Shown in pieces: positions 7,432 through 16,552 of a DNA stretch of 34,574 nt. How positions within the stretch are numbered: the first letter of the stretch is position 1; every line of letters begins with the position of its first letter. Source of the stretch: a virus (taxonomy: Duplodnaviria > Caudoviricetes); the IMG/VR virus record IMGVR_UViG_3300044647_001529, positions 1 to 34,574 of that record. One strand, given 5' to 3'. Below the pieces are notes generated by a model. That model did not search any database. It was not told the DNA's origin and saw only the letters and a list, made by a program, of their open reading frames with translations. Position numbers and translations under genes: made by a program.

Positions 7432-7947
7432 TTAACGACTAGACCACGAATTCTTTTTTGAAACAATTTTCTTAGCGGGTTTTGGGTTATTCACTTGTTC
7501 TTTTTGCGGTGACACAAGCTCCCGCCATCCCGAGACGCTGGCATCTTCTAGGTGAGGCTCCTCCCAATCGAGCCTTCGCAAACCCCCCACGCTCTCGGCA
7601 ATTTTGTGGGCGATGGCATAAGTCTCGTTATCATCCCAACCAGCGATGAAGGAGCCTGTCGCAGTCTCGACCAGCGGAACAAAATCAATTGCCCTTTTAT
7701 AGCAATGCATGGACTGGCATTCTGGGTAGCCTCTTGCATTTGTCACTTTTGGCCCCAGATGTCCCGGCACTCTCCCCTTTTTGTATAGCTCCTCTTGCTC
7801 CTCTGCCGTCCGTGTAGAGCAATAGACTAGAACATAAACCTTCTTAGCCCAGCACTCGGAAAACCACTTGGCTACCTTCTTCTGGAACTTCGGCTCAAGG
7901 CTCTTTATGTGGCCTTCAGAGCGTTCTAAAGCCTGTTTAAGCGTCAT
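7432..7947 (-). CDS. Endolysin, M15 family (L-Ala-D-Glu peptidase-like)
   Basis: RTAEEQEELYKKGR, VTNAR, SMH...AIDF, DWEEPHLE zinc-peptidase motifs. Confidence 0.88.
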   Translation of the reverse strand: MTLKQALERSEGHIKSLEPKFQKKVAKWFSECWAKKVYVLVYCSTRTAEEQEELYKKGRVPGHLGPKVTNARGYPECQSMHCYKRAIDFVPLVETATGSFIAGWDDNETYAIAHKIAESVGGLRRLDWEEPHLEDASVSGWRELVSPQKEQVNNPKPAKKIVSKKNSWSSR

Positions 7948-8228
7948 TTGTTTTCCGCCCTAGCCCTCCACCTTTCCCCTTCGGCGATGGCGTTGGAAAG
8001 CTCTACAAGGGCTTTTGAATACTGCTCCCGCAGTTTGTTATTGAATATCTTGGTCTCTTGTTCCACCCTATCCCACTCCATCATTAGGTGCAGAATGTCG
8101 GAGGAGGTGGGGTAAGAGTAGGTAATTTCTTGGGTGGTAGTGGCGCAACCACTAATCCCGATCAACCCACCAGCTAGTCCCGCCCACGCCACGAACCCAA
8201 CCATCAATCGCTTTTTTGCGTTTATCAT
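7944..8228 (-). CDS. Lipoprotein, putative o-spanin
   Basis: Hydrophobic signal ending in lipobox ISG-C; helical C-terminus; overlaps upstream TM gene. Confidence 0.6.
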   Translation of the reverse strand: MINAKKRLMVGFVAWAGLAGGLIGISGCATTTQEITYSYPTSSDILHLMMEWDRVEQETKIFNNKLREQYSKALVELSNAIAEGERWRARAENK

Positions 8229-8343
8229 TCCTTGCCTCTATCTCCTCATCGCCCTTTTGCAAGCGCGTCTTTGCCCTGTTCTTTAACCACCATACCCAAC
8301 CGCCCAACAATGCCCCTGCGACTGCAAGGACTCCCTCGATCAT
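8152..8343 (-). CDS. Membrane protein, putative i-spanin
   Basis: N-terminal TM helix followed by a charged coil; lysis cassette position. Confidence 0.5.
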   Translation of the reverse strand: MIEGVLAVAGALLGGWVWWLKNRAKTRLQKGDEEIEARNDKRKKAIDGWVRGVGGTSWWVDRD

Positions 8344-8510
8344 TTTCTGCTAAACTTGCTGAGAAAATCAACCACGGCCTGTAAGCTTTTCTCGGGCTGT
8401 TCGCCGGGGACTAACTGAGCAATGGCGATGACCGCCCCAAGAAGGGCCGTGATTGCTCCAAGCCAAGCGAAAATATCCGTCCCCTGAAACAGATTGATAA
8501 TGGTTTCCAT
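8340..8510 (-). CDS. Putative holin (56 aa)
   Basis: Manual translation METIINLFQGTDIFAWLGAITALLGAVIAIAQLVPGEQPEKSLQAVVDFLSKFSRK*; ATGA overlap with next gene. Confidence 0.65.
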   Translation of the reverse strand: METIINLFQGTDIFAWLGAITALLGAVIAIAQLVPGEQPEKSLQAVVDFLSKFSRK

Positions 8511-8520
8511 GTAATTTTGT

Positions 8521-8529
8521 TTATGTCAA
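8521..8529 (-). promoter_or_regulatory. TTGACATAA motif, 10 nt upstream of holin ATG
   Basis: Exact 9-mer containing the upstream gene's TGA stop. Confidence 0.7.
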
Positions 8530-9170
8530 GAGTTTTGACGGTTGGTTAAAATGCTAATTGCCATGCTTCCGGAAACTTGGGAGTCTGGAATTTGAGAAAC
8601 ATTCGTTCCAATTCCCTCAATTTTTGATCCGTCAAGAAATTGAAATTCGACAGTTCCTGAGCCCCCTATATTTGGTTCTGTATATGGGAAGCCCCCCGCA
8701 CTCATAACCCCGATTCTGGCTACGACTAGGGGATAGTATAAATCTTTATACTTTCTTATTCTATAAAGAGTGCCTGCCAAGGTTCTGTGGGTAACAATGC
8801 CAAGAGAAAGCTCATTTTGCGAAACCCGTGCTCCATTATCATCAGTAACGATACCCTCCCTTGTTTGACCTGTCCCGCTGTTGGTACACAAAATCTCACT
8901 CATTTTATCTTTAAGCCCCCATGTGTTTTGATTGATTTGGTTATCCCCGGTGTGTTGTGTTGTTGTATTAAGCACCGACCAGAAAGAAGTTCCTTCAAGA
9001 TTATAAACTTGCCCGATCCAGTATAATTCCATTGCCTGTTTTAAGGAACAAGCAAAATTATATGGCTTTACAGGAGCAAATATTGGGTCGTGAATTATTG
9101 TCAGGGGATCAACATCAGAATCCTCCCAGCAGAAAGTCCCGGGGAACAGGCTTGGGGTTAAAAATGCCAT
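8526..9170 (-). CDS. Hypothetical tail-associated protein
   Basis: 214 aa, last gene of tail block. Confidence 0.6.
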   Translation of the reverse strand: MAFLTPSLFPGTFCWEDSDVDPLTIIHDPIFAPVKPYNFACSLKQAMELYWIGQVYNLEGTSFWSVLNTTTQHTGDNQINQNTWGLKDKMSEILCTNSGTGQTREGIVTDDNGARVSQNELSLGIVTHRTLAGTLYRIRKYKDLYYPLVVARIGVMSAGGFPYTEPNIGGSGTVEFQFLDGSKIEGIGTNVSQIPDSQVSGSMAISILTNRQNS

Positions 9171-9211
9171 TTGATGAGGCCAGCCGCCTGCAAAAGGATT
9201 TCTTTGGGGGC

Positions 9212-10987
9212 TTAATAGCCTATGACGGTGATTCGATAGGTGGCCGTGGCTGGAGTTTTGCCACTATTTGTTGCATTGATGCAATCAACCTCTAACCCAT
9301 TTGCAGTTGTAACGTGGCCGTTGAATGAAAGACCATCGGGATTGCTGGCTGGCAAACCAAGCAAAACTATATCATTGATTTGGCATCCAGTAACAACAAC
9401 GCTCACAGAGTTTGTGTTGTTTGCCCCGACTGTCCCAAAATAAATAGATGCGGTTGTGGTTAATGTTTTTATTGATCCCGGTAAAATTCCATAAGTTACA
9501 GAAGAGGGGATAAGGCCAAGGGAAATAACATTTGAAACCACATTGGCTTGGGTTGGTTGCGTGAACGAGATAATGCCGCTTTTTGTTATGGAGTTGGCTA
9601 TATTTATCCCAGAGCCTTGTGCTGTTGGGGAGGTTCCGAAGAATCCCAAATTCCCAGAGACGGCCATCCCGCCCCCAAAACTAACAGCCCCGCCAACGGT
9701 CAATGTTGAATTAACATAAAGCGGGTATGAAGAAATTGTGACCCCGGAGCCAGAAAGATCAAGAGCACCATTGCCGAACAACGACTGCTCGTAATCAACA
9801 ACGATTGTTCCGCTTGAGTTTTTTAGCCTTCTATTTGTGGCATCTACATTCGCCGTGGAGTCTTCAACATATTGAGCCGCAATTTCAGTTGCCGTTAGGT
9901 AAGCCGCTTGGTTGGCCGGAACCGCAGAGCCAGTAACAATAAGGTCGTTTTGATTAAATGTTACTGCGGTTGAGAGGACTGTTTGAGGCTTTCCTCCATC
10001 CGATATTTCAATCTCTAAACTTAACCCGGTAACTCCAGAGTTTAGAAAGTTCTCAATCTGTGCCGTATTGAAAGTTACCGTAGCTGTTTTATACGGCGGG
10101 CGGAACAGTGCAGAGTCATTTACAAGAAATGCCGTGGCAATGTTTGTCTGTGATAGGTTTCCAACAAAGGCAATACCAAATTTCCCATTTGCGCCAGAAA
10201 CCCTAACATTGGGCTGGCTGACCCCGCTTACATCTAAGTATTCGCCGATAGATGTTAGCTTGGCAAGCTCTGTCTGTATTTGTTCGGCGGTGGCATTGTA
10301 GGCAATTCCAGCGGTCTGATTGCCGAAAAGAAGGTTGTATTGCCCTGCATAAACATTGTCGTCAATTTCTAGGGAATATGTCTCACTTTGTGTCGCTGAT
10401 CCCTGCTGTGCAAGTGAAAGAGTTGCGCCGCCTGTGGTTTGAGAGTTTGCCCAAACATCTTGAAATACTGCGGGGCTTTGAATAAGGCGGACAATTTGCC
10501 TTAAAGCAACCCCGGCTGTTGCGCTCCTTGTCGTGTTGATGATAACAGAAGATGCCGGATATAGGGAAAAGGAGTCCCCCCCAAGGCCAGCCGTTGTCCC
10601 CGCAAAAACCCCTAGCGTTGTTGCTGTAATTTGATAGGCAGAATTGACCCCTGCAACCGTTGTGACTGATGCCGAAATTGCGTTGGCAATCGCTGTTTGG
10701 ATAGAGGCCGCAGAAGCATTATAGCTGATGGCTGATGATGTTACTCCATTAAAGGTTAGCTTAAATTCTCCATCTGTGGGAGTGGCCGCATTAACCCCAA
10801 TTCCAAACTTTATTGCTGAGTTTTGAAAGTTTAGATAATCATATTCAATGCCATTGTATTTAAGAAAGCCTATTTCAAAATTAGGCGCATCGCCTCGGTC
10901 TAATCTTGGAAGAGTTGAGGTTCCGCCAAAGCGATTTGCTAAAAGCTGTTTAGCATCAACATCAATTAGAAGTGTAAAAACATTCAT
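9212..10987 (-). CDS. Tail tip/fibre (receptor-binding) protein
   Basis: 591 aa, S/T/G/A-rich; two G.F.L.F...T..I.YNA.A..IQT repeats; C-terminal FGTVGAN...VTG..DIVLLGLP beta domain. Confidence 0.7.
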   Translation of the reverse strand: MNVFTLLIDVDAKQLLANRFGGTSTLPRLDRGDAPNFEIGFLKYNGIEYDYLNFQNSAIKFGIGVNAATPTDGEFKLTFNGVTSSAISYNASAASIQTAIANAISASVTTVAGVNSAYQITATTLGVFAGTTAGLGGDSFSLYPASSVIINTTRSATAGVALRQIVRLIQSPAVFQDVWANSQTTGGATLSLAQQGSATQSETYSLEIDDNVYAGQYNLLFGNQTAGIAYNATAEQIQTELAKLTSIGEYLDVSGVSQPNVRVSGANGKFGIAFVGNLSQTNIATAFLVNDSALFRPPYKTATVTFNTAQIENFLNSGVTGLSLEIEISDGGKPQTVLSTAVTFNQNDLIVTGSAVPANQAAYLTATEIAAQYVEDSTANVDATNRRLKNSSGTIVVDYEQSLFGNGALDLSGSGVTISSYPLYVNSTLTVGGAVSFGGGMAVSGNLGFFGTSPTAQGSGINIANSITKSGIISFTQPTQANVVSNVISLGLIPSSVTYGILPGSIKTLTTTASIYFGTVGANNTNSVSVVVTGCQINDIVLLGLPASNPDGLSFNGHVTTANGLEVDCINATNSGKTPATATYRITVIGY

Positions 10988-10995
10988 CCTATGAT

Positions 10996-11379
10996 CTATC
11001 TTCTTGTTGTGTCAATCTGAAGATATGACAATGGTTGATTTTTATCATAAAACCCAAGAGGCCTGGTTGTAACGGCAATAAACATTACTTGCCCGGTATA
11101 TGTATTAAGCGGATCATTTTTTAATACAGTAATCTCATCGGGTTCTCCGTTTGAGCATACATTTAGTGTTACAGAAGAATATAAAAGATATTGGCAAGTT
11201 ACCCCATTAACCATTCCAATTTTTGCGCCCTCGTCTGTTCGAGTGATTGAAATTCCTCTTCCCGCAAGCGGGGTTCTTGTCTTTACAGAATCTTCCAATT
11301 CGTGCAAATACTTAATAGTTAGAACAGAGCCATCATCAAAACTAGGAACAGCCCCTTTTATTTTTTCACCTTCTCTCAT
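10996..11379 (-). CDS. Minor tail protein (hypothetical)
   Basis: 127 aa; position; ATGA overlap. Confidence 0.55.
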   Translation of the reverse strand: MREGEKIKGAVPSFDDGSVLTIKYLHELEDSVKTRTPLAGRGISITRTDEGAKIGMVNGVTCQYLLYSSVTLNVCSNGEPDEITVLKNDPLNTYTGQVMFIAVTTRPLGFYDKNQPLSYLQIDTTRR

Positions 11380-11981
11380 AGAGGCAAGAATCCTTTTGTT
11401 GCTGTGGCTCTAACACGCCAAAGCCCCCCTGCCTTTTCTATTGAAGACCCGGTAATCTTAACATCGCTTATGTTAATTTGCTTCCCACCATTAACATTTG
11501 ATGGCCTATTTTGTAGAATTTCAACACTCATCGAGCTTACAATTTGAATTGCTATTCCCCTTGCTGACCCATCGCTTGCAGAGCCGGAATTTGTGGTAAC
11601 GGTTACAGAAGGGGAAAGCCATTGTAGTTTATACTGAACTTGGACTTGTGCCAATGGCAAGGTTATAAGACCGGGTTCAACACTTTCGTTATATGAATAT
11701 GATGCCTCACTATAATAAATAGAGGACGGCGTGCCACCTTCTGCTGAAATTTTTAATCTCTGTAATCCATCAACAATGTTTTCAACATTTCTTCTAACAA
11801 CCCTAAACGATCCAGATGGCTGACCCGGAACGCCGCTTATAGACGAATCTAATAAATAAAGTCCAGAAACAGAGCGTCCCACCACACTAAACTGAAAAGC
11901 CGTGATTCCATCTCTCCCATTATCGGAAATAATTTCTGGCTCAAACTCCGCACTATTTCCGCCTATGATTGTTGCGCTCAT
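11376..11981 (-). CDS. Putative distal tail protein
   Basis: Directly after tape measure; beta-rich; N-terminus MSATIIG resembles the tube-like genes. Confidence 0.5.
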   Translation of the reverse strand: MSATIIGGNSAEFEPEIISDNGRDGITAFQFSVVGRSVSGLYLLDSSISGVPGQPSGSFRVVRRNVENIVDGLQRLKISAEGGTPSSIYYSEASYSYNESVEPGLITLPLAQVQVQYKLQWLSPSVTVTTNSGSASDGSARGIAIQIVSSMSVEILQNRPSNVNGGKQINISDVKITGSSIEKAGGLWRVRATATKGFLPL

Positions 11982-11984
11982 AAA

Positions 11985-13322
11985 TTATTGTGGAACTGCG
12001 GACGGGATTTTCTTTGAAAGATCATCAATGGATTTTTTTAAGGACTCAAAAACTCCACCAAATGATTCCTTTGGCCCCATCCCCCTAGTTCCTTTCTGCG
12101 CCCTACCACCAGCCGCAACCATCTCTGGGCTTATCCCGGCCTCTTGCGCCATAACCTTTTGCGCCATTGACGGCATTTCTGCCGCCGCTTGCTGGGCCGC
12201 AAGTCTTTTTCTAATATCTTGCTTCGTTAGCGTAATCCCTTCTTCTGCGCTCGCCTTTTTTGCGAGATCGGCAAGAGTGGCCTCACGCAATCTAAAATTC
12301 TCCCTAGTTGTTTCGATTTGTTGCCTTTTTCTGGCCGCCGCCAATGCCGATTCTCCCGGCCTTCCCTGCAATAAGAACTGCGCTCCTTCGCTCCCTCTCT
12401 GGAATCTTTCTTGCTGTGTCTTCGAGGCTTCTGATGCCGCTCTTTTTTCCTCTGCGGTTTGGAGTTTTAATAGTGCAAGTCTTTTTTGCTGAACATCAAG
12501 ATTGGCTTGTGCCAAATCGTTCCTTAACTTTTCAATCAATGCCCCGCTTTGAAGGGCTTGGTTTGATCTAAAAATTGCCTCTATTTGATATTGAATTTCC
12601 CTTGTAGTTAAAATTGCAACCGCCAAGTCCTCCTTGGCATTGGCAACTCCGGCCTGCCTTCCTTCCCTAACCTCATCTGTTGAGTTGGAAATTTTTCTTA
12701 ATGCGGAGGCTGTTTTTTCTGAATTTAACCTGTCTTGGCTCGCTCTTGTTATTTCAGCTTCTTTTTGCCTTGCCCTTAATAATTGTTCTTGCGCGCCAAG
12801 GTTTTGTCTTGCCGCCTCAATTGCTTTTCTTGTGTCCTCAACCCCAAAAACATTAAGCCCGGTAAGCTTTTCAAAGCCGCCAAGGATTCCAGCCAGCGGC
12901 CCAAGTTGTGTTATTTTCCCCCTTAGCCCATCAATAATATCTTTTGTTTGCTCAAGTCCCTTTTGAGCTTCCTCTACGCTTTTACTTTTAAAGCTTACCT
13001 CAAAAGCATCTGATAGGGATTTCTGGGCCTGAAAATAATCCGTGGCATTTCTTTTAACGGCCTCCCCAAATCTGTTCAAAGCGGTTGCCGCCCCTGCCCC
13101 AAGGATTCCAGCCCCCCCAAATCTGCTTAAGGCTCTTAGGCTTGTGCCAAAAACAGAAGCGGCGGAATTGGCTTTAAGGAAAGATGATACTAGGCTTGCC
13201 GTAGATTTCCCAGCCTGATCGAAGCTTCTTGAAGTTGCCTTAGCCTCTCTCTGGATGCCTTTAAGAACGGCAGTCCCCTTCCGTCCATCAATCTCAATCT
13301 CTCCTCTTAATACAAAGGCCAT
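11985..13322 (-). CDS. Tape measure protein (short, 445 aa)
   Basis: N-terminal LRGEIEIDG; Ala/Gln/Lys-rich helical composition; position in tail block. Confidence 0.7.
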   Translation of the reverse strand: MAFVLRGEIEIDGRKGTAVLKGIQREAKATSRSFDQAGKSTASLVSSFLKANSAASVFGTSLRALSRFGGAGILGAGAATALNRFGEAVKRNATDYFQAQKSLSDAFEVSFKSKSVEEAQKGLEQTKDIIDGLRGKITQLGPLAGILGGFEKLTGLNVFGVEDTRKAIEAARQNLGAQEQLLRARQKEAEITRASQDRLNSEKTASALRKISNSTDEVREGRQAGVANAKEDLAVAILTTREIQYQIEAIFRSNQALQSGALIEKLRNDLAQANLDVQQKRLALLKLQTAEEKRAASEASKTQQERFQRGSEGAQFLLQGRPGESALAAARKRQQIETTRENFRLREATLADLAKKASAEEGITLTKQDIRKRLAAQQAAAEMPSMAQKVMAQEAGISPEMVAAGGRAQKGTRGMGPKESFGGVFESLKKSIDDLSKKIPSAVPQ

Positions 13323-13323
13323 G

Positions 13324-14091
13324 CTATCTATTCACCTTGTTAAGAGCCTCTTGTTCCTTGCGCTCTATATATGGGATCATATCTAATTGTTCTTGCTTCA
13401 AGGCATCTTGCAAAGCCCTTTGGCCTATTTTCCCGGCCCCCTTTGCGGCGTTTACAAATATGGCTTTTACCTTATCCCCTGCTTGAATTGCCTCAATTCC
13501 AAAGCCTTGCCCAGCGCTTCCCTTTAATGTCTTAAAGAACTTATCTAATCCTCCCGCAATCTTTATTGTCTGGCCTTTGGCAAGCTGAGAAAAATGCCGA
13601 AAGGCTGGCAACCATCCGGCGGCTATATAACCAGAGGACGATCTGGCCCTTTTTACAAATCTTTGGTAAAATGCGCTGGCAGTTCCTCCACTATTGCCCC
13701 TGCCCGGCCCTGCAAAATTCTTTGGAAACTTGGAATAGAATCCCATTCTCTTACCCCTTTGAAGCCTAAAGTTTGCGATGGCAAAGGCTTCTGCCTTGCC
13801 CATATACCCAACCGTTGATTTGCCTTGCGTGGTTCTTCCCCCTTTGCCAAGGGCAACTGATTCGCCCTTTCTTTTCGTCACCTTCACATAAGAGGCCATC
13901 ACGGTTTCAATAGCCTTCATATCCCTAACGATTTGATCTGGGCTTGCCCTAGGAGTAAGATTTGCCGCCCTAGCACAAATATTTGCCGCTCTTCGGTTTA
14001 ATTCATTTACTCTGTCCCTGCGGGAAAGCTCTAGATATTTGTCTATTGTCTGATTGAACTCGGTTGCGTCTAATTTAAATAAGGTTGCCAT
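13324..14091 (-). CDS. Basic neck/tail-completion protein (HK97 gp10-like)
   Basis: DATEFNQTIDKY...LTP...GYIAAGW pattern; strongly basic. Confidence 0.5.
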   Translation of the reverse strand: MATLFKLDATEFNQTIDKYLELSRRDRVNELNRRAANICARAANLTPRASPDQIVRDMKAIETVMASYVKVTKRKGESVALGKGGRTTQGKSTVGYMGKAEAFAIANFRLQRGKRMGFYSKFPKNFAGPGRGNSGGTASAFYQRFVKRARSSSGYIAAGWLPAFRHFSQLAKGQTIKIAGGLDKFFKTLKGSAGQGFGIEAIQAGDKVKAIFVNAAKGAGKIGQRALQDALKQEQLDMIPYIERKEQEALNKVNR

Positions 14092-14093
14092 AT

Positions 14094-14671
14094 TTAGCCT
14101 AAAAGATTGTCTATGATTTTATCTGCGTTCTTGGTCGGCCTTCTAACATCTATTCCCTTGTTAATTAAGATGGCGTGTTCTAGCTGAAATAATTCCGACT
14201 CGCCCATCTCCCATAGAACATAATCCTTGCCCCATCCAAATTCCTTGGCAAAGAGCCAGATGGTTGCCGCCACCCCACCGGGCTGTTCTATTTTGGGTCG
14301 CCCCCTCCCCCATCCGAGACAACCTTGGATTGGTTGATTTCCTTGAAAACATCCTCCACGATCTTGACCGCCTCAATAAAATCCTCCTCCGCAAACTTGT
14401 CTGCCCAGTCTAGGACGGCTCCCCTAAACTTGTTCTTATCCCATCCCAACTCAACAAGTTTTGTTCTTGGCGTAACAAGGCAATACAAGGTTGACCAAAT
14501 AAAGAACTCGGTGGAATCGCTTTCCTCCCTAATCTGATTAAGGATGATGCGATGTCCCAAGGTAAACTTGTTTAGCTTGTCGCCCTTAAACTGCCTTTCG
14601 CCCAAAGCAAAAGCCTTATCCAATCTTTTGCCTAATGCCTCATCATCTTTTACAAAATCTAAGTCGCTCAT
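14094..14671 (-). CDS. Tail assembly chaperone, long form made by -1 frameshift (gpGT-like)
   Basis: Slippery C-CCA-AAA at 14297-14291 just before TAG; -1 frame open to TAA at 14094: IEQPGGVAATIWLFAKEFGWGKDYVLWEMGESELFQLEHAILINKG... Confidence 0.75.
14288..14671 (-). CDS. Tail assembly chaperone, short form (gpG-like, 127 aa)
   Basis: Start MSDLDFVKD at ATGA overlap; ends GGGGDPK*. Confidence 0.75.
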   Translation of the reverse strand: MSDLDFVKDDEALGKRLDKAFALGERQFKGDKLNKFTLGHRIILNQIREESDSTEFFIWSTLYCLVTPRTKLVELGWDKNKFRGAVLDWADKFAEEDFIEAVKIVEDVFKEINQSKVVSDGGGGDPK

Positions 14672-15057
14672 AGGTATTTGCTGATTCTCCTTTTTAGGTC
14701 TGGGCTGGCGTTCTTGCTGATTAAAAGGGTTGCCTTGCCGAAGCTCTTTTTGACCAAGGGCGTTGCGTTGTTCATTGCATCTAAAAGCCTTTCCCTGTTT
14801 TCCAGAACGGCTCGCATATAAGCCAATGGATCTTCTGGGTCTTTGATGGCTTCCCAGCCCCTCTCCCAAACATTAACAATTTTTCCTCCAAGACCATCTG
14901 CCGTATCACTAAAGAAAAAGGTTACGCTCCTTTGATTGTTTTTGTCTGCATCTTCAACAACGGAAAAAGGACGCTCTTTTCTAAACGGAATACCAAGAGT
15001 GGCTAGGACTGAAGCAAGTTTTAGATTTTTAGTAAAAAGGATTTTTTCTTGGCTCAT
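14668..15057 (-). CDS. Hypothetical protein
   Basis: 129 aa; TKNLKLASVLATLGIPF N-terminus. Confidence 0.65.
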   Translation of the reverse strand: MSQEKILFTKNLKLASVLATLGIPFRKERPFSVVEDADKNNQRSVTFFFSDTADGLGGKIVNVWERGWEAIKDPEDPLAYMRAVLENRERLLDAMNNATPLVKKSFGKATLLISKNASPDLKRRISKYL

Positions 15058-15076
15058 AGGGATTTCAGAAAAGCCG

Positions 15077-15430
15077 TTAGGCTATTCCATCGTAGATGAC
15101 TGCGCTGTAACTGACCTGCTCAAAATTGTCTGCACTTCTTGTTCGGGTGATTTCAGTCACATAAGCCGCCCCCGAAAGGCCAAATGTCTCGCCTCCGGCA
15201 ACGGTAATGTCTGTTCCTACGGAATCAGAAAAAGTGGTATAAGCCCCTTCAACGGTATAGGTCACACGCTTGTTGCGAAACACCACAGAAGTTGTGTCGC
15301 CAGACCTGTTCTTTAGCTCAACAGCATCGGAGGAGTTTGCGTGGGTGATAGACTGAACGACCATCCCTGTTTGTGCGTCTCCAACGCCAAAGGCTAGGTC
15401 AGCCGAATTTCCAATAATTGTTGCTGGCAT
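15077..15430 (-). CDS. Tail tube-like protein, paralog 2
   Basis: Beta-rich 117 aa; aligns by eye with 15435-15785; upstream of chaperone. Confidence 0.6.
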   Translation of the reverse strand: MPATIIGNSADLAFGVGDAQTGMVVQSITHANSSDAVELKNRSGDTTSVVFRNKRVTYTVEGAYTTFSDSVGTDITVAGGETFGLSGAAYVTEITRTRSADNFEQVSYSAVIYDGIA

Positions 15431-15434
15431 AAAA

Positions 15435-15785
15435 TTAGGAGCTTAGAAAGGGGAACTTGGTTGCAGAAATATCAAACGAATTAAATCCATCCGATGTTTC
15501 CGTATAACTCGTGTCTGTTACATGGTAGGTTCCAGAGCAAACGGCAGTTGCGTTGGCCGCAAGAGTAAGGGATGCCCCAACGCTCCCTATTGAATCATTA
15601 CAATTTCCAGATAGGCTCACATTTATCTTTTTATTAGAAAACGCAACTGCTGAAAAGGTTCCGTCATGCTTCGAAATTTCAGTTGTTTCAGCAGTTTCAG
15701 TTGAGGTAAAATTCTGAACAACAACGCCAGTTTCAACGGAAAGCCCAAAGACTACCGTGGAAAGACCAATAGAAGTTGCGGCCAT
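15435..15785 (-). CDS. Tail tube-like protein, paralog 1
   Basis: Beta-rich 116 aa, S/T-rich; RBS AAGGA. Confidence 0.6.
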   Translation of the reverse strand: MAATSIGLSTVVFGLSVETGVVVQNFTSTETAETTEISKHDGTFSAVAFSNKKINVSLSGNCNDSIGSVGASLTLAANATAVCSGTYHVTDTSYTETSDGFNSFDISATKFPFLSS

Positions 15786-15800
15786 AAGATATTCCTTGTT

Positions 15801-15809
15801 TTATGTCAA
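15801..15809 (-). promoter_or_regulatory. TTGACATAA motif, 15 nt upstream of ATG 15785
   Basis: Exact 9-mer, intergenic. Confidence 0.7.
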
Positions 15810-15812
15810 ATT

Positions 15813-16046
15813 TTAGGGATGCCCAAGAAGTCTGCTTTTGATAATTTCCCAAGCCGCCGCCAAGACCCCAAAGACAATAGTGGATACAAGCCAAACCCTG
15901 CCCTTAACGCTGTGGGCTTCCTGTTCAATCCTATCCATCTTTGTCTTATGGTCTGTTAGAAGCTCAAGAATATAGGCTTGCCGTGTTTCCATTCTAGCAA
16001 CTTTTTCTCTGATTTCTATTAGAACGCTGTGGTCGTCTGCACTCAC
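15813..16046 (-). CDS. Coiled-coil plus C-terminal TM protein (XhlA/holin-like)
   Basis: EKVARMETRQ coil; VWLVSTIVFGVLAAAW helix; GTGA overlap. Confidence 0.6.
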   Translation of the reverse strand: MSADDHSVLIEIREKVARMETRQAYILELLTDHKTKMDRIEQEAHSVKGRVWLVSTIVFGVLAAAWEIIKSRLLGHP

Positions 16047-16177
16047 ACTTCACAATCCTCTGCGCCCTCACAGATTCTAACGCATTCAGAGCCGTCCTTA
16101 TCTATAAATCTCTCTATGTAGCCCTCTAATTCCAAATAAGACAACGCCGCCATAAAATCCTCGTAGGTATATTTCAT
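16043..16177 (-). CDS. 44-aa acidic protein
   Basis: Manual translation MKYTYEDFMAALSYLELEGYIERFIDKDGSECVRICEGAEDCEV*; coupled overlaps at both ends. Confidence 0.55.
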   Translation of the reverse strand: MKYTYEDFMAALSYLELEGYIERFIDKDGSECVRICEGAEDCEV

Positions 16178-16220
16178 AAGCCCTTCGGCACAGGCGGGGC
16201 GACAAACTGGATGGCATCAC

Positions 16221-16400
16221 TCATGCACTATACTGCTTGGAATAGCTCTCTGCCGCCGAGGCCATGACGAACTGCACATATTCTGCATCCGTGGCGAGCC
16301 TGTCGGCTGAATCTTCTGGCAAGGATGCGTTCCTTGCCTCACGGGCGGCGGTGATTCCAGAAAGATGAGAAGGGTCTGTGATTTCGATGGTAAATGTCAT
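16221..16400 (-). CDS. 59-aa protein (possible fibre-associated chaperone)
   Basis: Manual translation MTFTIEITDPSHLSGITAAREARNA...YVQFVMASAAESYSKQYSA*; ATGA overlap. Confidence 0.65.
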   Translation of the reverse strand: MTFTIEITDPSHLSGITAAREARNASLPEDSADRLATDAEYVQFVMASAAESYSKQYSA

Positions 16401-16549
16401 TTCGATTCCTCTTTCGTTAACTGTTCCTCAATCGCCTGTGCAATCGGCAAGGCCAAGACGGAGGCGTTCAGCCCTCCCGCTTTCACGGCTAGGTCGAGCA
16501 GTTGCATGGTGTTTTTGGCTTGTTCTTCGGTGAGGTGGATTTGTTTCAT
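16397..16549 (-). CDS. 50-aa protein
   Basis: Manual translation MKQIHLTEEQAKNTMQLLDLAVKAGGLNASVLALPIAQAIEEQLTKEESK*. Confidence 0.65.
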   Translation of the reverse strand: MKQIHLTEEQAKNTMQLLDLAVKAGGLNASVLALPIAQAIEEQLTKEESK

Positions 16550-16552
16550 AAA

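Noticed and set aside
9171-9211. Terminator after the tail-tip gene
   Set aside because: No convincing stem followed by a U-tract on the coding strand
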